Shown: positions 1-9,152, numbered from the stretch's first letter. The stretch is DNA of 34,180 bases from an uncultured Gammaproteobacteria bacterium (GCA_964439095.1 CAYTMT010000002.1:1-34180); one strand, 5' to 3'. Numbers and translations are program-made. The notes: generated by a model not told the origin, from the letters alone.

Positions 1-166
1 CTAAAGAAAGAGAAAAACAAGGACTTTTTTATTCACATGATCGGTGGGTGAACTGGGGAAAGAACTGTGTACAAGTAGGGGAGGTGAACTAATTTTGTTT
101 TTTACTGGGGATAACTGGGAAAACCGGTGGATAATGTTCAGGGTTATTTACAGTTTATTCACAGGG
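1..166. promoter_or_regulatory. DnaA-box cluster downstream of dnaA (candidate oriC half, cut by window edge)
   Basis: Non-coding. Four 9-mers lie within 1 mismatch of TTATCCACA/TGTGGATAA: 29-37 ttattcaca, 106-114 tggggataa, 126-134 ggtggataa, 155-163 ttattcaca. A repeated aactggg(g)aaa occurs at 51-61 and 113-123. Confidence 0.6.
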
Positions 167-1576
167 TTATGCACCGTTTACATACAGACGTTGCTTGATA
201 GCCACTAACTCTTCTTTGAGTTTTGCGTCGTTTTCAAGCTCGTTCAAAATTTTAGTATGAGCATGCATTGCTGTGGTGTGATCTCGTCCCCCTAACTCAT
301 CACCAATTGACGGGTAGGACATCTTAAGTTCCTCGCGGAGCAAGTACATAATAATTTGGCGCGGGAAAGAAAGTTTCTTCTCCCGACTTTTTCCCAGCAT
401 GTCCTCAAGAGAAATGCTGTAAAAACTACTTACCACCTCAATTATTTGCCGAGGAGCAAGTGATTTTCGGAAAGAGTGGGGCTCAAGGCTAGAAAGGAGT
501 GTTTTAACAGAATCTACTGTTGGTTCGGTGTTTTTCAACTCATGAAAAACAATAATTTTATTGAGCGCCCCCTCTAGTTCGCGAATATTATTTTGGACAC
601 TGGCCGCAATAAGGCGAATTACCTCTGGGGGAAGAGGGAAATCTTTTTCAGCACTCTTTTTTTCGAGAATGGCGATGCGAGTCTCAAGATCGGGCAAAGA
701 TACATCGGCAATCATTCCCCATTCAAAACGCGATTTTAGGCGGTCTTCAAGGGCGGGGATGGCTTTGGGAGGGCGGTCAGAAGTTAAAACAACCTGTTTG
801 TTGTTTTGGTGTAATTCGTTGAAGGTGTGAAAAAATGATTCTTGGGTGCGGTCTTTGCCGGCAATAAATTGAATGTCGTCAATAAGGAGTACGTCAATAT
901 GGCGGTAGCGGTTTTGGAAGTCTTTGGCCGTACCTTCTTTTACCGAGCTAATAAAGTCGTTAGAGAATTTTTCCGCACTAACGTACATTATATTGGTGTT
1001 CGGGTTTTTTTTAAGAAGCGCGTTACCGATAGCCTGAATAAGGTGGGTTTTCCCCAGTCCTACGCCACCATAAATAAACAAGGGGTTATAGGCAAGACCT
1101 GGACGGTTAGTAACCGCCTGAGCTGCCGCAAATGCGAGTTCGGTTCCCTTACCGACAATGTAATTTTCAAAACCATATTTAGGGTTTATGCTGAAACCAC
1201 CATTACTGCTTGGCTCAAAAGAGGGGGAGGACATTTCGGTGGTAGGGGTAAAGGATTGTGATTCAGACGGTTCGTTTGTTGGGGGCAAGTTAGTTTCCGG
1301 GTTAGAGTCGTGTTCGGCTACGTTTTTTATATTATCAATCTTGTATTCAAGTCGTTTAACCGGTTTTCCAGTAATGCGCTCTAGGGACCGGATAACTTGC
1401 TGGTGGTACTTTTTTTCAATCCAAGCATGGCTAAACATGGTAGGAACACACAAAATTACGATACCTTCTTGAAACGAAACAATGCCGGTGTTTTTAAACC
1501 AAGTAACAAAATTAGCGCGCGAGAGCGAGAGCTCGAGTTCGGCCAGGACCGCTCGCCAGATTTCGTTATTGTTCAT
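167..1576 (-). CDS. dnaA: Chromosomal replication initiator protein DnaA
   Basis: 469 aa. Walker A GGVGLGKTHL, AAA+ core (LLIDDIQF, sensor regions), and a C-terminal DnaA-box-binding helix-turn-helix (GGRDHTTAMHAHTKI). Confidence 0.97.
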   Translation of the reverse strand: MNNNEIWRAVLAELELSLSRANFVTWFKNTGIVSFQEGIVILCVPTMFSHAWIEKKYHQQVIRSLERITGKPVKRLEYKIDNIKNVAEHDSNPETNLPPTNEPSESQSFTPTTEMSSPSFEPSSNGGFSINPKYGFENYIVGKGTELAFAAAQAVTNRPGLAYNPLFIYGGVGLGKTHLIQAIGNALLKKNPNTNIMYVSAEKFSNDFISSVKEGTAKDFQNRYRHIDVLLIDDIQFIAGKDRTQESFFHTFNELHQNNKQVVLTSDRPPKAIPALEDRLKSRFEWGMIADVSLPDLETRIAILEKKSAEKDFPLPPEVIRLIAASVQNNIRELEGALNKIIVFHELKNTEPTVDSVKTLLSSLEPHSFRKSLAPRQIIEVVSSFYSISLEDMLGKSREKKLSFPRQIIMYLLREELKMSYPSIGDELGGRDHTTAMHAHTKILNELENDAKLKEELVAIKQRLYVNGA

Positions 1577-1725
1577 AAATAGAGTTAAAAAAATAGTACT
1601 CTTATACTAACACAGGCAGTTATTTTAGCAAACCATAGACAAAAATTGTATTTTGGGTTATCCTGTGGATAACCTGTGGAAAAGTGGTAGAATTTTAATT
1701 AACCCCTTTATTTTTTAGGGTATTG
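1577..1725. promoter_or_regulatory. AT-rich rpmH-dnaA intergenic region with DnaA boxes (dnaA promoter / second oriC candidate)
   Basis: Perfect box tgtggataa at 1664-1672 and a 1-mismatch box tgtggaaaa at 1675-1683. ttatcc at 1658-1663 forms the inverted arrangement ttatcc-tgt-ggataa. An AT-rich stretch at 1577-1655 could serve as an unwinding element. Confidence 0.6.
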
Positions 1726-1754
1726 TTGACAAAAGATGGGTTTATCTGTATAAT
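1726..1754 (+). promoter_or_regulatory. Consensus sigma70-type promoter for rpmH
   Basis: TTGACA 1726-1731, 17-nt spacer, TATAAT 1749-1754. A second TATAAT lies at 1772-1777, only 5 nt before the ATG. Confidence 0.7.
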
Positions 1755-1782
1755 ACCGATTAACTTATTATTATAATGTATT

Positions 1783-1953
1783 ATGCCGAAGAGAACTTAC
1801 CAGCCTAAAAAAAGAAAGCGCGCAAAAACTCATGGATTTTTGGTTCGTATGAGAACCGCCAAAGGACGTGAAGTGCTAAAACGTCGTCGTGATAAAGGGC
1901 GCAAAAAATTGACTGTTTCGGATGAAAAGAAAGGAAAATTACTTCGAAAATAG
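1783..1953 (+). CDS. rpmH: 50S ribosomal protein L34 (56 aa, below the ORF-track size cutoff)
   Basis: My translation is [56 protein letters not shown], which carries the canonical L34 signature. ATG at 1783, TAG at 1951-1953. Confidence 0.93.
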   Translation: MPKRTYQPKKRKRAKTHGFLVRMRTAKGREVLKRRRDKGRKKLTVSDEKKGKLLRK

Positions 1954-1957
1954 TAAA

Positions 1958-1991
1958 CAAAAAACCCTTCGGAATTGCGAAGGGTTTTTTA
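1958..1991. terminator. Bidirectional intrinsic terminator between convergent rpmH and yidD
   Basis: Stem cccttcg 1965-1971 pairs with cgaaggg 1978-1984, with an A-run upstream and a T-run downstream. Confidence 0.8.
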
Positions 1992-2006
1992 TTCCTCTCC
2001 TTAGCT

Positions 2007-2288
2007 TTATTTTGGTAAATCAACGCCACCTTTGTTTAATGGGTTGCAGCGGAGTATTCGCCAAATTATTTGTACTCCACCCATAAAAATACCATTTTTT
2101 TCTATTACCAATCGGCCATAAGCACTGCAAGACGGATAAAAACGGCAATAGCCATATGGAAAGAAGGTGCGTAGTGGTCCATGATCAGGGGAAAGTGTTT
2201 TTTGGTAGAGTAGAATAAAAATAATCGCCAGCTGACGGGGGAGATAGAAAATAGCAGAGAAGATTTTTTTTAGAAGATTTGTTTTCAC
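2007..2288 (-). CDS. yidD: Membrane protein insertion efficiency factor YidD
   Basis: YQKTLSP...CRFYPSCSAYG...RILRCNPLNKGGVDLP is the YidD/DUF37 signature. The GTG start overlaps the rnpA TGA stop (GTGA). Confidence 0.9.
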   Translation of the reverse strand: MKTNLLKKIFSAIFYLPRQLAIIFILLYQKTLSPDHGPLRTFFPYGYCRFYPSCSAYGRLVIEKNGIFMGGVQIIWRILRCNPLNKGGVDLPK

Positions 2289-2674
2289 AAAACTCCGGCA
2301 GAGGATAATAATAATTCCGTTTCTACTTTAATTTCAGCATATTTTTTGGTAGTTGTGGCGGGGAGGGCAAGCAGTAAAATATAATAGCCTGGTTTTATTC
2401 GTCTTTCTTTTTTAAGGAGACGGATTACTTCGCGTAGGCGTCGGCGGATACGGTTACGCACAACAGCATTTTTGGATATTTTAGTGCCAACAGAAAAGGC
2501 GAACCGTAGCTGTTTTTTGAATGTTTCCGGGTGGGAATTTTTTGGAAAATAGTTTTGAATTTTAGCTAGGTTAAGCACCCTGGCACGTAAAAATGTGCCG
2601 TTTACAAAACGTCCATGGGTGAGCAACAGGCTAAAGTCCCTTTTTTTTGCTAAGCGATGATCATTTTGTGTCAT
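2285..2674 (-). CDS. rnpA: Ribonuclease P protein component
   Basis: 129 aa, basic, with the RNR motif region KNAVVRNRIRRRLREVIR. Confidence 0.92.
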   Translation of the reverse strand: MTQNDHRLAKKRDFSLLLTHGRFVNGTFLRARVLNLAKIQNYFPKNSHPETFKKQLRFAFSVGTKISKNAVVRNRIRRRLREVIRLLKKERRIKPGYYILLLALPATTTKKYAEIKVETELLLSSAGVL

Positions 2675-2924
2675 ACGTATCAGGAAAAATAAAGTTTGGA
2701 TCAGAGATCTCTATTGTTTTGTGCCGAGAGGTGAATCCACGCACAATGGAAACGTGTTGTTTGGCGATATTGAATTCTTTGCTGATAATATTGATTATTG
2801 CTTTGTTAGCCGCTCCATCAATTGGAGGGGTGGTAATTTTTATTTTGAGCGAACCGTTTTTAAAGCCGATAATTTTATTTATAGATGAGCGGGGGGTAAT
2901 ATGGGCAGTGAAAATGGTGGCCAT
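2661..2924 (-). CDS. DUF167 / YggU-family small protein
   Basis: 87 aa. The pattern DGAANKAIINIISKEFNIAKQHVSIVRGFTSRHKTIEI matches the DUF167 (UPF0235) family. It overlaps the rnpA start by 14 nt and lies 3 nt after the nfo stop. Confidence 0.8.
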   Translation of the reverse strand: MATIFTAHITPRSSINKIIGFKNGSLKIKITTPPIDGAANKAIINIISKEFNIAKQHVSIVRGFTSRHKTIEISDPNFIFPDTYDTK

Positions 2925-2927
2925 ATT

Positions 2928-3767
2928 TTAGACGGTGGCGCGAATTTTTTGGAGAATTTTTAGATCTTCAACCACTTTATCGTGTTCAGTTTCAACGTAG
3001 AAATTAAGATTAACCAAACGTTTATCATTGAGGATCGCTTGAAATCCAGCTAACCCGATTTTTCCATCGCCGATATGCTCGTGTCGATCTTTGTTGCCGC
3101 CAAGATCGATTTTAGAGTCGTTGCAATGGAACATTTTTAGTTTATCTAAGCCGATAATATTGTCAAAAGTATCAAAAGTCTGTTGAACTGCTGTTGGGGT
3201 GCGCAAGTCATAACCGCTTCCAAAAGCGTGTTGAGTGTCAAAACAAATTCCGATGGGGTATTTTTTTAATCGAGGATGGTTGAGAATGGTGGAGATTTCT
3301 TCGAAACGAGAGCCGATTACATCGCCTGCGCCTGCAGAAATTTCTAAAAGAAATTCAGTGCTACCCCTATAGCCGTCCAGGGTTTTGGCCAAGCCGAGAA
3401 CAAGTTGTTCAAAACCTTTTTCTTGTCCCAAATCTTTATAGCTACCCGGATGAATCATGAGATAATGAGCGCCAAGAAGTGAAGCGCGTTCGAGTTCTTC
3501 GCGGACAACAGAGACCGATCCTTGGGCAATGCGCGGAGTTCCAGATGCAAAATTGATAAAGTAGGGGGCGTGCACCACCCATTCTTTTTGGTTGGCAATA
3601 TGGCAGTTTTTTTTGAATTCTGAAACGACCTCCGGAGTAAGCTTGGGAGCAGGGCCACCCTGTGGAGATCGGGTAAACATTTGAAACACCTCGCAGCCTA
3701 TCTGCAAAGCGTTTAAAGGGGCATTGAACACGCCACCAGCGATGGAGACATGTGCGCCAAACAACAT
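2928..3767 (-). CDS. nfo: Deoxyribonuclease IV (endonuclease IV, AP endonuclease family 2)
   Basis: 279 aa, full-length TIM-barrel Nfo-like sequence (GAHVSIAGG..., HAPYFINFAS, HPGSY, CFDTQHAF, HCNDSK, DRHEHIGDGKIG). Confidence 0.93.
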   Translation of the reverse strand: MLFGAHVSIAGGVFNAPLNALQIGCEVFQMFTRSPQGGPAPKLTPEVVSEFKKNCHIANQKEWVVHAPYFINFASGTPRIAQGSVSVVREELERASLLGAHYLMIHPGSYKDLGQEKGFEQLVLGLAKTLDGYRGSTEFLLEISAGAGDVIGSRFEEISTILNHPRLKKYPIGICFDTQHAFGSGYDLRTPTAVQQTFDTFDNIIGLDKLKMFHCNDSKIDLGGNKDRHEHIGDGKIGLAGFQAILNDKRLVNLNFYVETEHDKVVEDLKILQKIRATV

Positions 3768-3774
3768 AGGGTTT

Positions 3775-5061
3775 TTACGGTTTTGGATTAACTTGCTCCT
3801 TAAGCCATTCTACCACTTTTCGATTACGAATGGTATTTTCGATAGTAGCCAACACCTCGGGACGTTCCAAGTTTTCATTTACAGTTTGATCGTTTTTGTA
3901 TACTGCTTTAATTTGCTCAATTTCAGCATCCAAATCTTTTTTACTCACAGTGATTTTGTGTTCGGTGGCCAGGTGGTGTGAGACAAGGGCAGCTTTGGCG
4001 CGTTTTTCGGCTTGTTCCGAGAAATCGGCGACAATTTCTTCTTCTGTTTTTTTAACATCTTTGAGGTATTGCTCCATTTCGATGCCGCGACGTTCTAGGT
4101 CGTGTTTAAGTTCGGCAAACATTTTGCGTTTTTCAGTGGCAATAAGCACATCAGGGATAACGCCAAATTTTGTTTTTTCAATAATTTGTTCCAGAATAGC
4201 TGCTTCTAAACGTTGATCTTCCTTGCTTTCTGCTTCATTGGCTAGGTTTTTTGTGAGCAGCTCACGTAGTTTTTCCATATTCTCTAAACGGAGACTTTGG
4301 GCGAAATCATCGTTGAGTTCGGGGTGCTCCAGAGAAAAAACATCCTTAACTTTTATTTTGAAATCAACATTTTTGTTGGCTAAATGTTTTTGGTAATGTT
4401 CCTTGGGAAATTTAAGGGTGAATTCTTTTGTGTCATCTTTTTTGAGTCCAACTAATTGATCGGCAAGGCCAGGAATGTAGTGTGGTTCATTAAGATAAAC
4501 CTGGTGGTTGAGTGTTTGGCCACCATCAACAGGAACATTATCAATAAACATATTAAGATCTACTACCACCTTGTCAGATTCAGTTGCGCCGCCATCCTTA
4601 GCAATTTCTTTGGTCTGCATCTTTTGCAGGTCGGTGAGCATGGCGTCAACATCTTCTTTTTTAATTTCTTTTTTTTCTCGAGCAACAGAAATTGTTTTTA
4701 TATCAGGCAGCGTCACTTCTGGCAAAAGAGCTACAGTAGCGCTAAAAACCAAATCATTGTGGGGGGCAACTTTTTCCAGGTTTATTTCTGGAGATCCAAC
4801 AGTTTTGAGTTTTTCGGCTTGTAAGGTAGTTACAAAGTTTCTTTGAACAATGCCTGGGAGTGCTTCCTCCAATATTCTGCCCTCACCCACTTCTTTTCGT
4901 ACAATTTCGTAGGGGGCTTTTCCAGGGCGGAATCCCTTAATAGCTGCTCGTTCTGAAATGGTGACCGCGGCTTTTTCTAAATCTTTTTGATACTCTGCTG
5001 GAGGGATGGTGATGGTGATTTTGATCTGGGATTTCTCTAGTTTTTGGGTAGTGTGTTGCAT
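3775..5061 (-). CDS. tig: Trigger factor
   Basis: 428 aa. N-terminal ribosome-binding signature GFRPGKAP, overall trigger factor architecture, K/E-rich C-terminal arm. Confidence 0.93.
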   Translation of the reverse strand: MQHTTQKLEKSQIKITITIPPAEYQKDLEKAAVTISERAAIKGFRPGKAPYEIVRKEVGEGRILEEALPGIVQRNFVTTLQAEKLKTVGSPEINLEKVAPHNDLVFSATVALLPEVTLPDIKTISVAREKKEIKKEDVDAMLTDLQKMQTKEIAKDGGATESDKVVVDLNMFIDNVPVDGGQTLNHQVYLNEPHYIPGLADQLVGLKKDDTKEFTLKFPKEHYQKHLANKNVDFKIKVKDVFSLEHPELNDDFAQSLRLENMEKLRELLTKNLANEAESKEDQRLEAAILEQIIEKTKFGVIPDVLIATEKRKMFAELKHDLERRGIEMEQYLKDVKKTEEEIVADFSEQAEKRAKAALVSHHLATEHKITVSKKDLDAEIEQIKAVYKNDQTVNENLERPEVLATIENTIRNRKVVEWLKEQVNPKP

Positions 5062-5124
5062 AGAAGGAAAAATAATAAGTACCGTCAGATTTTAGCGAAT
5101 TTGAAGGAGAAAGTCAATGGAGTG

Positions 5125-5156
5125 AAAATAAAGCGCCTCCCTAGGTTGGGGAGGCG
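5125..5156 (-). terminator. Intrinsic terminator after the 84-aa hypothetical gene
   Basis: Stem cgcctccc 5134-5141 pairs with gggaggcg 5149-5156. On the minus strand it is followed by tttatttt. Confidence 0.75.
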
Positions 5157-5166
5157 ATGGTGAGTG

Positions 5167-5421
5167 TTAGGGTGTTTTCCGATAGAACCGGTAAGACACC
5201 AGGGTGTCCGTCAGTCGGAGTTGTTGAACTCCAAGGTCGTGAAGACGGGATATTAGGTCGGCGATGGAAAAAGCAAGGCTTCTTCCATCGATGTTTTCGG
5301 GAAAGAGAATCGCGTCATCGCTCCCAAAACTAATGGTGATTCCATTACCATCAGTAAGTTTGAAGGTGTTGGTCTTAAAGGTAAAGACCATAATGTAGCC
5401 GGGTTTGATTTTGGAAAGCAT
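5167..5421 (-). CDS. Hypothetical small protein (84 aa, start re-assigned)
   Basis: The ORF-track start at 5511 falls inside the -10 box of the only good promoter. The first in-frame ATG downstream of the predicted TSS is at 5421 (MLSKIKPGYIMVF...). No family recognised. Confidence 0.5.
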   Translation of the reverse strand: MLSKIKPGYIMVFTFKTNTFKLTDGNGITISFGSDDAILFPENIDGRSLAFSIADLISRLHDLGVQQLRLTDTLVSYRFYRKTP

Positions 5422-5509
5422 GACAGGCTCTGGGTGTGTGGTTTTTTGGTGGAAGGGGCGACCTGGCCTCTTGTTTGAGTAGAACTTGCTACTGACTGAG
5501 GTTCTTGTC

Positions 5510-5537
5510 ACTATACATTTTTGGTAAAAAATGTCAA
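5510..5537 (-). promoter_or_regulatory. Sigma70-type promoter (minus strand) for the 84-aa gene
   Basis: On the minus strand: TTGACA (plus coordinates 5532-5537), 16-nt spacer, TATAGT (5510-5515). Confidence 0.6.
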
Positions 5538-5560
5538 TAGTGAGAAGTGGTAGGGGAATA

Positions 5561-5589
5561 AAAAATCCGCCAGACAGGCGGACTTTTTA
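5561..5589 (-). terminator. Intrinsic terminator after hppA
   Basis: Stem tccgcc 5566-5571 pairs with ggcgga 5577-5582, loop agaca. Flanked by an A-run and a T-run, so it may act in both directions. Confidence 0.8.
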
Positions 5590-5607
5590 GCTGTAGACAG
5601 GGAGAAA

Positions 5608-7593
5608 TTATTTGAGAAGTAAACCCACAATAAGGAGTGCAACGATGTTAGCCACCTTAATCATTGGGTTAATGGCTGGGCCTGCAGTGTCTTTGTATGG
5701 ATCACCAACGGTGTCGCCGGTAACTGCGGCTTGGTGAGCAAACGAACCCTTGCCTTCGTAGTTTCCTTTTTCAATATATTTTTTAGCGTTATCCCACGCA
5801 GCGCCACCGGTAGTCATGGAGATAGCTACAAACAGGCCAGTAACAATGGTTCCTACCAAAAGACCGCCGAGCGCCTCAATACCAAGAGTAAACCCAACTA
5901 AAATAGGGGCGGCAATAGGGAGAAGAGAGGGAAGGATCATTTGGGAGATAGCGTCTTTGGTAATAATATCAGCAGCGCGAGAGTAGTCTGGTTTTCCTGT
6001 TCCGGCCATAATTCCTGGAATTTCTCGGAATTGACGGCGAACTTCCTCAACTACTTTTCCAGCAACTTTGCCAACAGATTCCATAAGCATGGCGCCGAAT
6101 AGATAGGGCAACATGCCGCCAATAAATAAGCCGGCTAAAACTTTAGGGTTGTTGATCTGGAAAACAATGCTGGCTGGAAGTTTGTGAGTGAAATCGGCGA
6201 ACAAAACAAGAGCGGCCAAAGCAGCGCTTCCGATTGCGTATCCTTTAGTAACGGCTTTGGTTGTGTTACCAACAGCATCTAGAGGGTCGGTGATGGCGCG
6301 TACTTCTTCGGAAAGCCCGCTCATTTCGGCGATACCACCAGCGTTGTCGGTGATTGGTCCATAGGCATCAATAGTCACGATTATCCCAGCCAAAGAGAGC
6401 ATGGAAACAGCCGCGATAGACACACCGTAGATTCCAGCCAGAGCGTACGAACCCAGCATGGCAGCGACAATGGCAATAATGGGGAGAGCGGTAGACTTCA
6501 TGGAAACAGCCAAGCCGGCGATAATATTGGTTCCATGGCCAGTGGTTGAAGCTTTAGCAATATGTCGCACGGGGGCGTATTCGGTGGAGGTGTAGTAGTC
6601 GGTGAGGAGTACTAAAATAGCAGTGAGTGCTAAACCGATGACCGCGGTAAGGAAAAGGGGGAGAACTGAGATTTGAGGAATGCCGCCCATGAACCAGTAA
6701 GTAGTTGGGTAAAAACCAAGAAGAGCAATGAGCCCTGCTGCAAGAAGGCCTTTGTAGAGCGCGCGCATTACATTTTTATCTTCTCCTAAGCGGATGAATA
6801 GTGTGCCTAGAATGGAAGCGAGAATGGAAATTCCCCCCAAGGCCAATGGGAAAATGACCACTTTTTCATTTCCTGGAAAAAGAAGTGATCCAAGTACCAT
6901 AGCTGCGATAGTAGTGATGGCGTATGTTTCAAATAAATCAGCGGCCATACCTGCGCAGTCACCAACGTTGTCGCCTACATTGTCAGCAATAACGGCTGGA
7001 TTGCGTGGATCGTCTTCGGGGATGCCTTTTTCTACTTTTCCTACCAGGTCAGCGCCGACATCAGCGGCTTTGGTAAAAATACCACCACCGATACGAGCAA
7101 ATACTGAAATTAAACTTCCACCAAACCCAAGGCCAATAAGTGCGGAGATGTCTTTGGTGATAGCGTAAAATCCGGCTACGCCGAGAAGCCCGAGACCAGC
7201 AACGAACAAACCAGTGATTGAGCCACCGCGTACGGCTATAGTGAGGGCGGGCTTGAATCCGCTTTTGGCAGCTTCGGCGGTGCGTACGTTGGCTGAAACA
7301 GAAACATTCATGCCGATAAAACCAGCAAGAGCTGAGAAGAAAGCACCGATTGCAAAACCAAAGGCTGTCATCCAATCAATAGCAAAAGCAAGAATGAAAA
7401 AAATGATGACTGCGACGATGGCGATAGTTTTGTATTGGCGAGTAAGGTACGCCTCAGCCCCTTCTTGAATAGCGCGAGCAATGGCGCGCATACGATCATC
7501 GCCGGCTGGTTGTTTTTTTATCCACCAGATAAGATAACCACCGTATCCAAGCGCAATTAGCGCTGGAAGAATCGCCCAAAGTAGAATTGTCAT
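5608..7593 (-). CDS. hppA: Membrane-bound ion-translocating pyrophosphatase (M-PPase)
   Basis: 661 aa, polytopic. Diagnostic motifs [30 protein letters not shown] and [14 protein letters not shown]. Confidence 0.96.
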   Translation of the reverse strand: MTILLWAILPALIALGYGGYLIWWIKKQPAGDDRMRAIARAIQEGAEAYLTRQYKTIAIVAVIIFFILAFAIDWMTAFGFAIGAFFSALAGFIGMNVSVSANVRTAEAAKSGFKPALTIAVRGGSITGLFVAGLGLLGVAGFYAITKDISALIGLGFGGSLISVFARIGGGIFTKAADVGADLVGKVEKGIPEDDPRNPAVIADNVGDNVGDCAGMAADLFETYAITTIAAMVLGSLLFPGNEKVVIFPLALGGISILASILGTLFIRLGEDKNVMRALYKGLLAAGLIALLGFYPTTYWFMGGIPQISVLPLFLTAVIGLALTAILVLLTDYYTSTEYAPVRHIAKASTTGHGTNIIAGLAVSMKSTALPIIAIVAAMLGSYALAGIYGVSIAAVSMLSLAGIIVTIDAYGPITDNAGGIAEMSGLSEEVRAITDPLDAVGNTTKAVTKGYAIGSAALAALVLFADFTHKLPASIVFQINNPKVLAGLFIGGMLPYLFGAMLMESVGKVAGKVVEEVRRQFREIPGIMAGTGKPDYSRAADIITKDAISQMILPSLLPIAAPILVGFTLGIEALGGLLVGTIVTGLFVAISMTTGGAAWDNAKKYIEKGNYEGKGSFAHQAAVTGDTVGDPYKDTAGPAINPMIKVANIVALLIVGLLLK

Positions 7594-7678
7594 AGGCCCT
7601 TAGGATAAGGATTAAATATAAAGGCTTGATACGTTGATTTATGAAGTATTTTATGATAAGCTAGCCGAACAGTCAAGT

Positions 7679-9019
7679 ATGAAATACCGCCTTTTATTCC
7701 TTTTTTTGCGTTTTTTGGTCTACACAAAGCGCTTTTTGTGGTTTTTTGGCGCTCGGTTTTCAGCTGCTCTGGTGGCAGTGCTAGGAAAAATACTGCGTCC
7801 TTTTGGCTATGTTAATTATAAAATTGGTTATTTTTTTAAAAAGCACGGTTTTGCAGGGAGTCGTTGGTGGTGGAAAAGAGAAGTACAACAAGTTCTCCTG
7901 TTATCATTTTTAATTCTTATTTCTTTTCCGGAAACAGCTTGGTTTAAACAAAAATCAACTTATGTCCCCGGACAAAAAACCACCATCAATAAATTAGTTG
8001 GTACTGCTGATGATGAGCTTGCTCTAGAGGAATTAGTGGCCAACGAACCAGACGTTCCTTCTCAAACCGAGTCTTGGAACAGTGGTGCGTTGGTAGCTAA
8101 TCCGGGGTTAGGAAGCGCAACCGAAAGGCAAATTTCATTTATTGACGAGGCACAATTTGTTAATAGTCGTAATTTTGCCCTTACCAAACAGGTTGTTTTT
8201 TCAGGAGAAACAACTCCGGCAGTTATTTCACATGATCAGGTAGTGGCATATGAAGTTCGTTCTGGTGACTCGTTGCGTAGTATTGCTCAAGATTTTGGTG
8301 TTAGCGTAGCCACGATTTTGTGGGAAAATAATCTTACCGAGCGATCGACTATTCACCCAGGTGATGTGCTTAGAATTTTGCCAGTATCTGGTATTCAATA
8401 TGTCGTGAAAAAAGGAGATACACTGAAAAAGATTGCTTTACAATATGGAAGCACGGTAGACAGTATTGCAGATGTAAACGATCTGAATGTAAGTGGAATT
8501 AATCTAGTCGCAGGAAAAAGAATAATCATTCCAAATGGAACGCGACAGGTTGTGCAGGTTGCTCAACCAAGCACTCGAGCTCCTGTAATTACCCCTGCAG
8601 TTAATCGAGTGGCTACACCCCCAGCGTCAACCGCCAACCCTTCGGCGTCTGGATTTGTGTGGCCAACCGCAAGCAGAACAGTAACGCAATATTTTAATGT
8701 GAGTCATCATGCAATTGATATTGCCGGGCCATGGCAAACACCAATTTATGCAGCTAAAACAGGCGTGGTAGAAAAAGCGCAATGTGGTTGGAATAGTGGT
8801 TATGGTTGTTATATTATCATTAATCATGGAAACGGGGTGAAAACATTATATGGCCATAACTCTCAATTGTTGGTTTCTCCTGGGGATCAAGTGGAGACAG
8901 GTCAGACAATCGCGTTGATGGGAAATACTGGAAAAGTACGCGGGGTAACGGGTATCCATTCTCATTTTGAAGTACAAATCGACGGGGTGCGTAAAAATCC
9001 GCTGGGGTATGTGAAATAA
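7679..9019 (+). CDS. LysM-domain M23 family metallopeptidase (cell-wall endopeptidase)
   Basis: N-terminal TM region, two LysM repeats (YEVRSGDSLRSIAQDFGVSV..., YVVKKGDTLKKIALQYGSTV...), and a C-terminal M23 core (HHAIDIAG..., GYGCYIIINHGNGVKTLYGH..., HSHFEV). The ATG at 7679 is preferred over the TTG at 7634. Confidence 0.9.
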   Translation: MKYRLLFLFLRFLVYTKRFLWFFGARFSAALVAVLGKILRPFGYVNYKIGYFFKKHGFAGSRWWWKREVQQVLLLSFLILISFPETAWFKQKSTYVPGQKTTINKLVGTADDELALEELVANEPDVPSQTESWNSGALVANPGLGSATERQISFIDEAQFVNSRNFALTKQVVFSGETTPAVISHDQVVAYEVRSGDSLRSIAQDFGVSVATILWENNLTERSTIHPGDVLRILPVSGIQYVVKKGDTLKKIALQYGSTVDSIADVNDLNVSGINLVAGKRIIIPNGTRQVVQVAQPSTRAPVITPAVNRVATPPASTANPSASGFVWPTASRTVTQYFNVSHHAIDIAGPWQTPIYAAKTGVVEKAQCGWNSGYGCYIIINHGNGVKTLYGHNSQLLVSPGDQVETGQTIALMGNTGKVRGVTGIHSHFEVQIDGVRKNPLGYVK

Positions 9020-9030
9020 AGGGGTGGAGC

Positions 9031-9059
9031 TTGAAAAAACTTTGTTCTCATGATACATT
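9031..9059 (+). promoter_or_regulatory. Putative promoter for tRNA-Cys
   Basis: TTGAAA 9031-9036, 17-nt spacer, TACATT 9054-9059. The tRNA starts about 15 nt downstream. Confidence 0.45.
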
Positions 9060-9073
9060 AGTTCCGCTTGGAC

Positions 9074-9145
9074 GGTACCGTAGCCAAGCAGTAAGGCAGA
9101 GGTCTGCAAAACCTCTATGCGTGGGTGCGATTCCCACCGGTACCT
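9074..9145 (+). tRNA. tRNA-Cys (GCA)
   Basis: Hand-folded cloverleaf. Acceptor GGTACCG/CGGTACC, anticodon stem GAGGT/ACCTC with loop CTGCAAA, T stem GTGGG/CCCAC, discriminator U73, A13-A22 mismatch typical of tRNA-Cys. No encoded CCA. T-loop is TGCGATT. Confidence 0.85.
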
Positions 9146-9152
9146 CAAAAAA

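Noticed and set aside
2647-2931. 94-aa plus-strand ORF.
   Set aside because: It is antisense to the DUF167-family gene, which has a clear family signature and operon context.
5422-5511. Longer 114-aa version of the hypothetical ORF (start 5511).
   Set aside because: The ATG at 5511 lies within or upstream of the -10 box of the only convincing promoter (5510-5537), so it would not be on the transcript. The extension is Arg/Ser/Pro-rich with no features.
6794-7468. ORFs of 84-124 aa overlapping hppA (6794-7168 +, 7061-7375 -, 7214-7468 +).
   Set aside because: They lie entirely inside the strongly conserved M-PPase coding sequence, and their translations are Arg/Ser/Pro-rich shadow products.
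7634-7678. TTG start for the M23 peptidase.
   Set aside because: An in-frame ATG at 7679 immediately precedes the hydrophobic N-terminus. The 15 extra residues add nothing recognisable. This is kept only as an alternative start.
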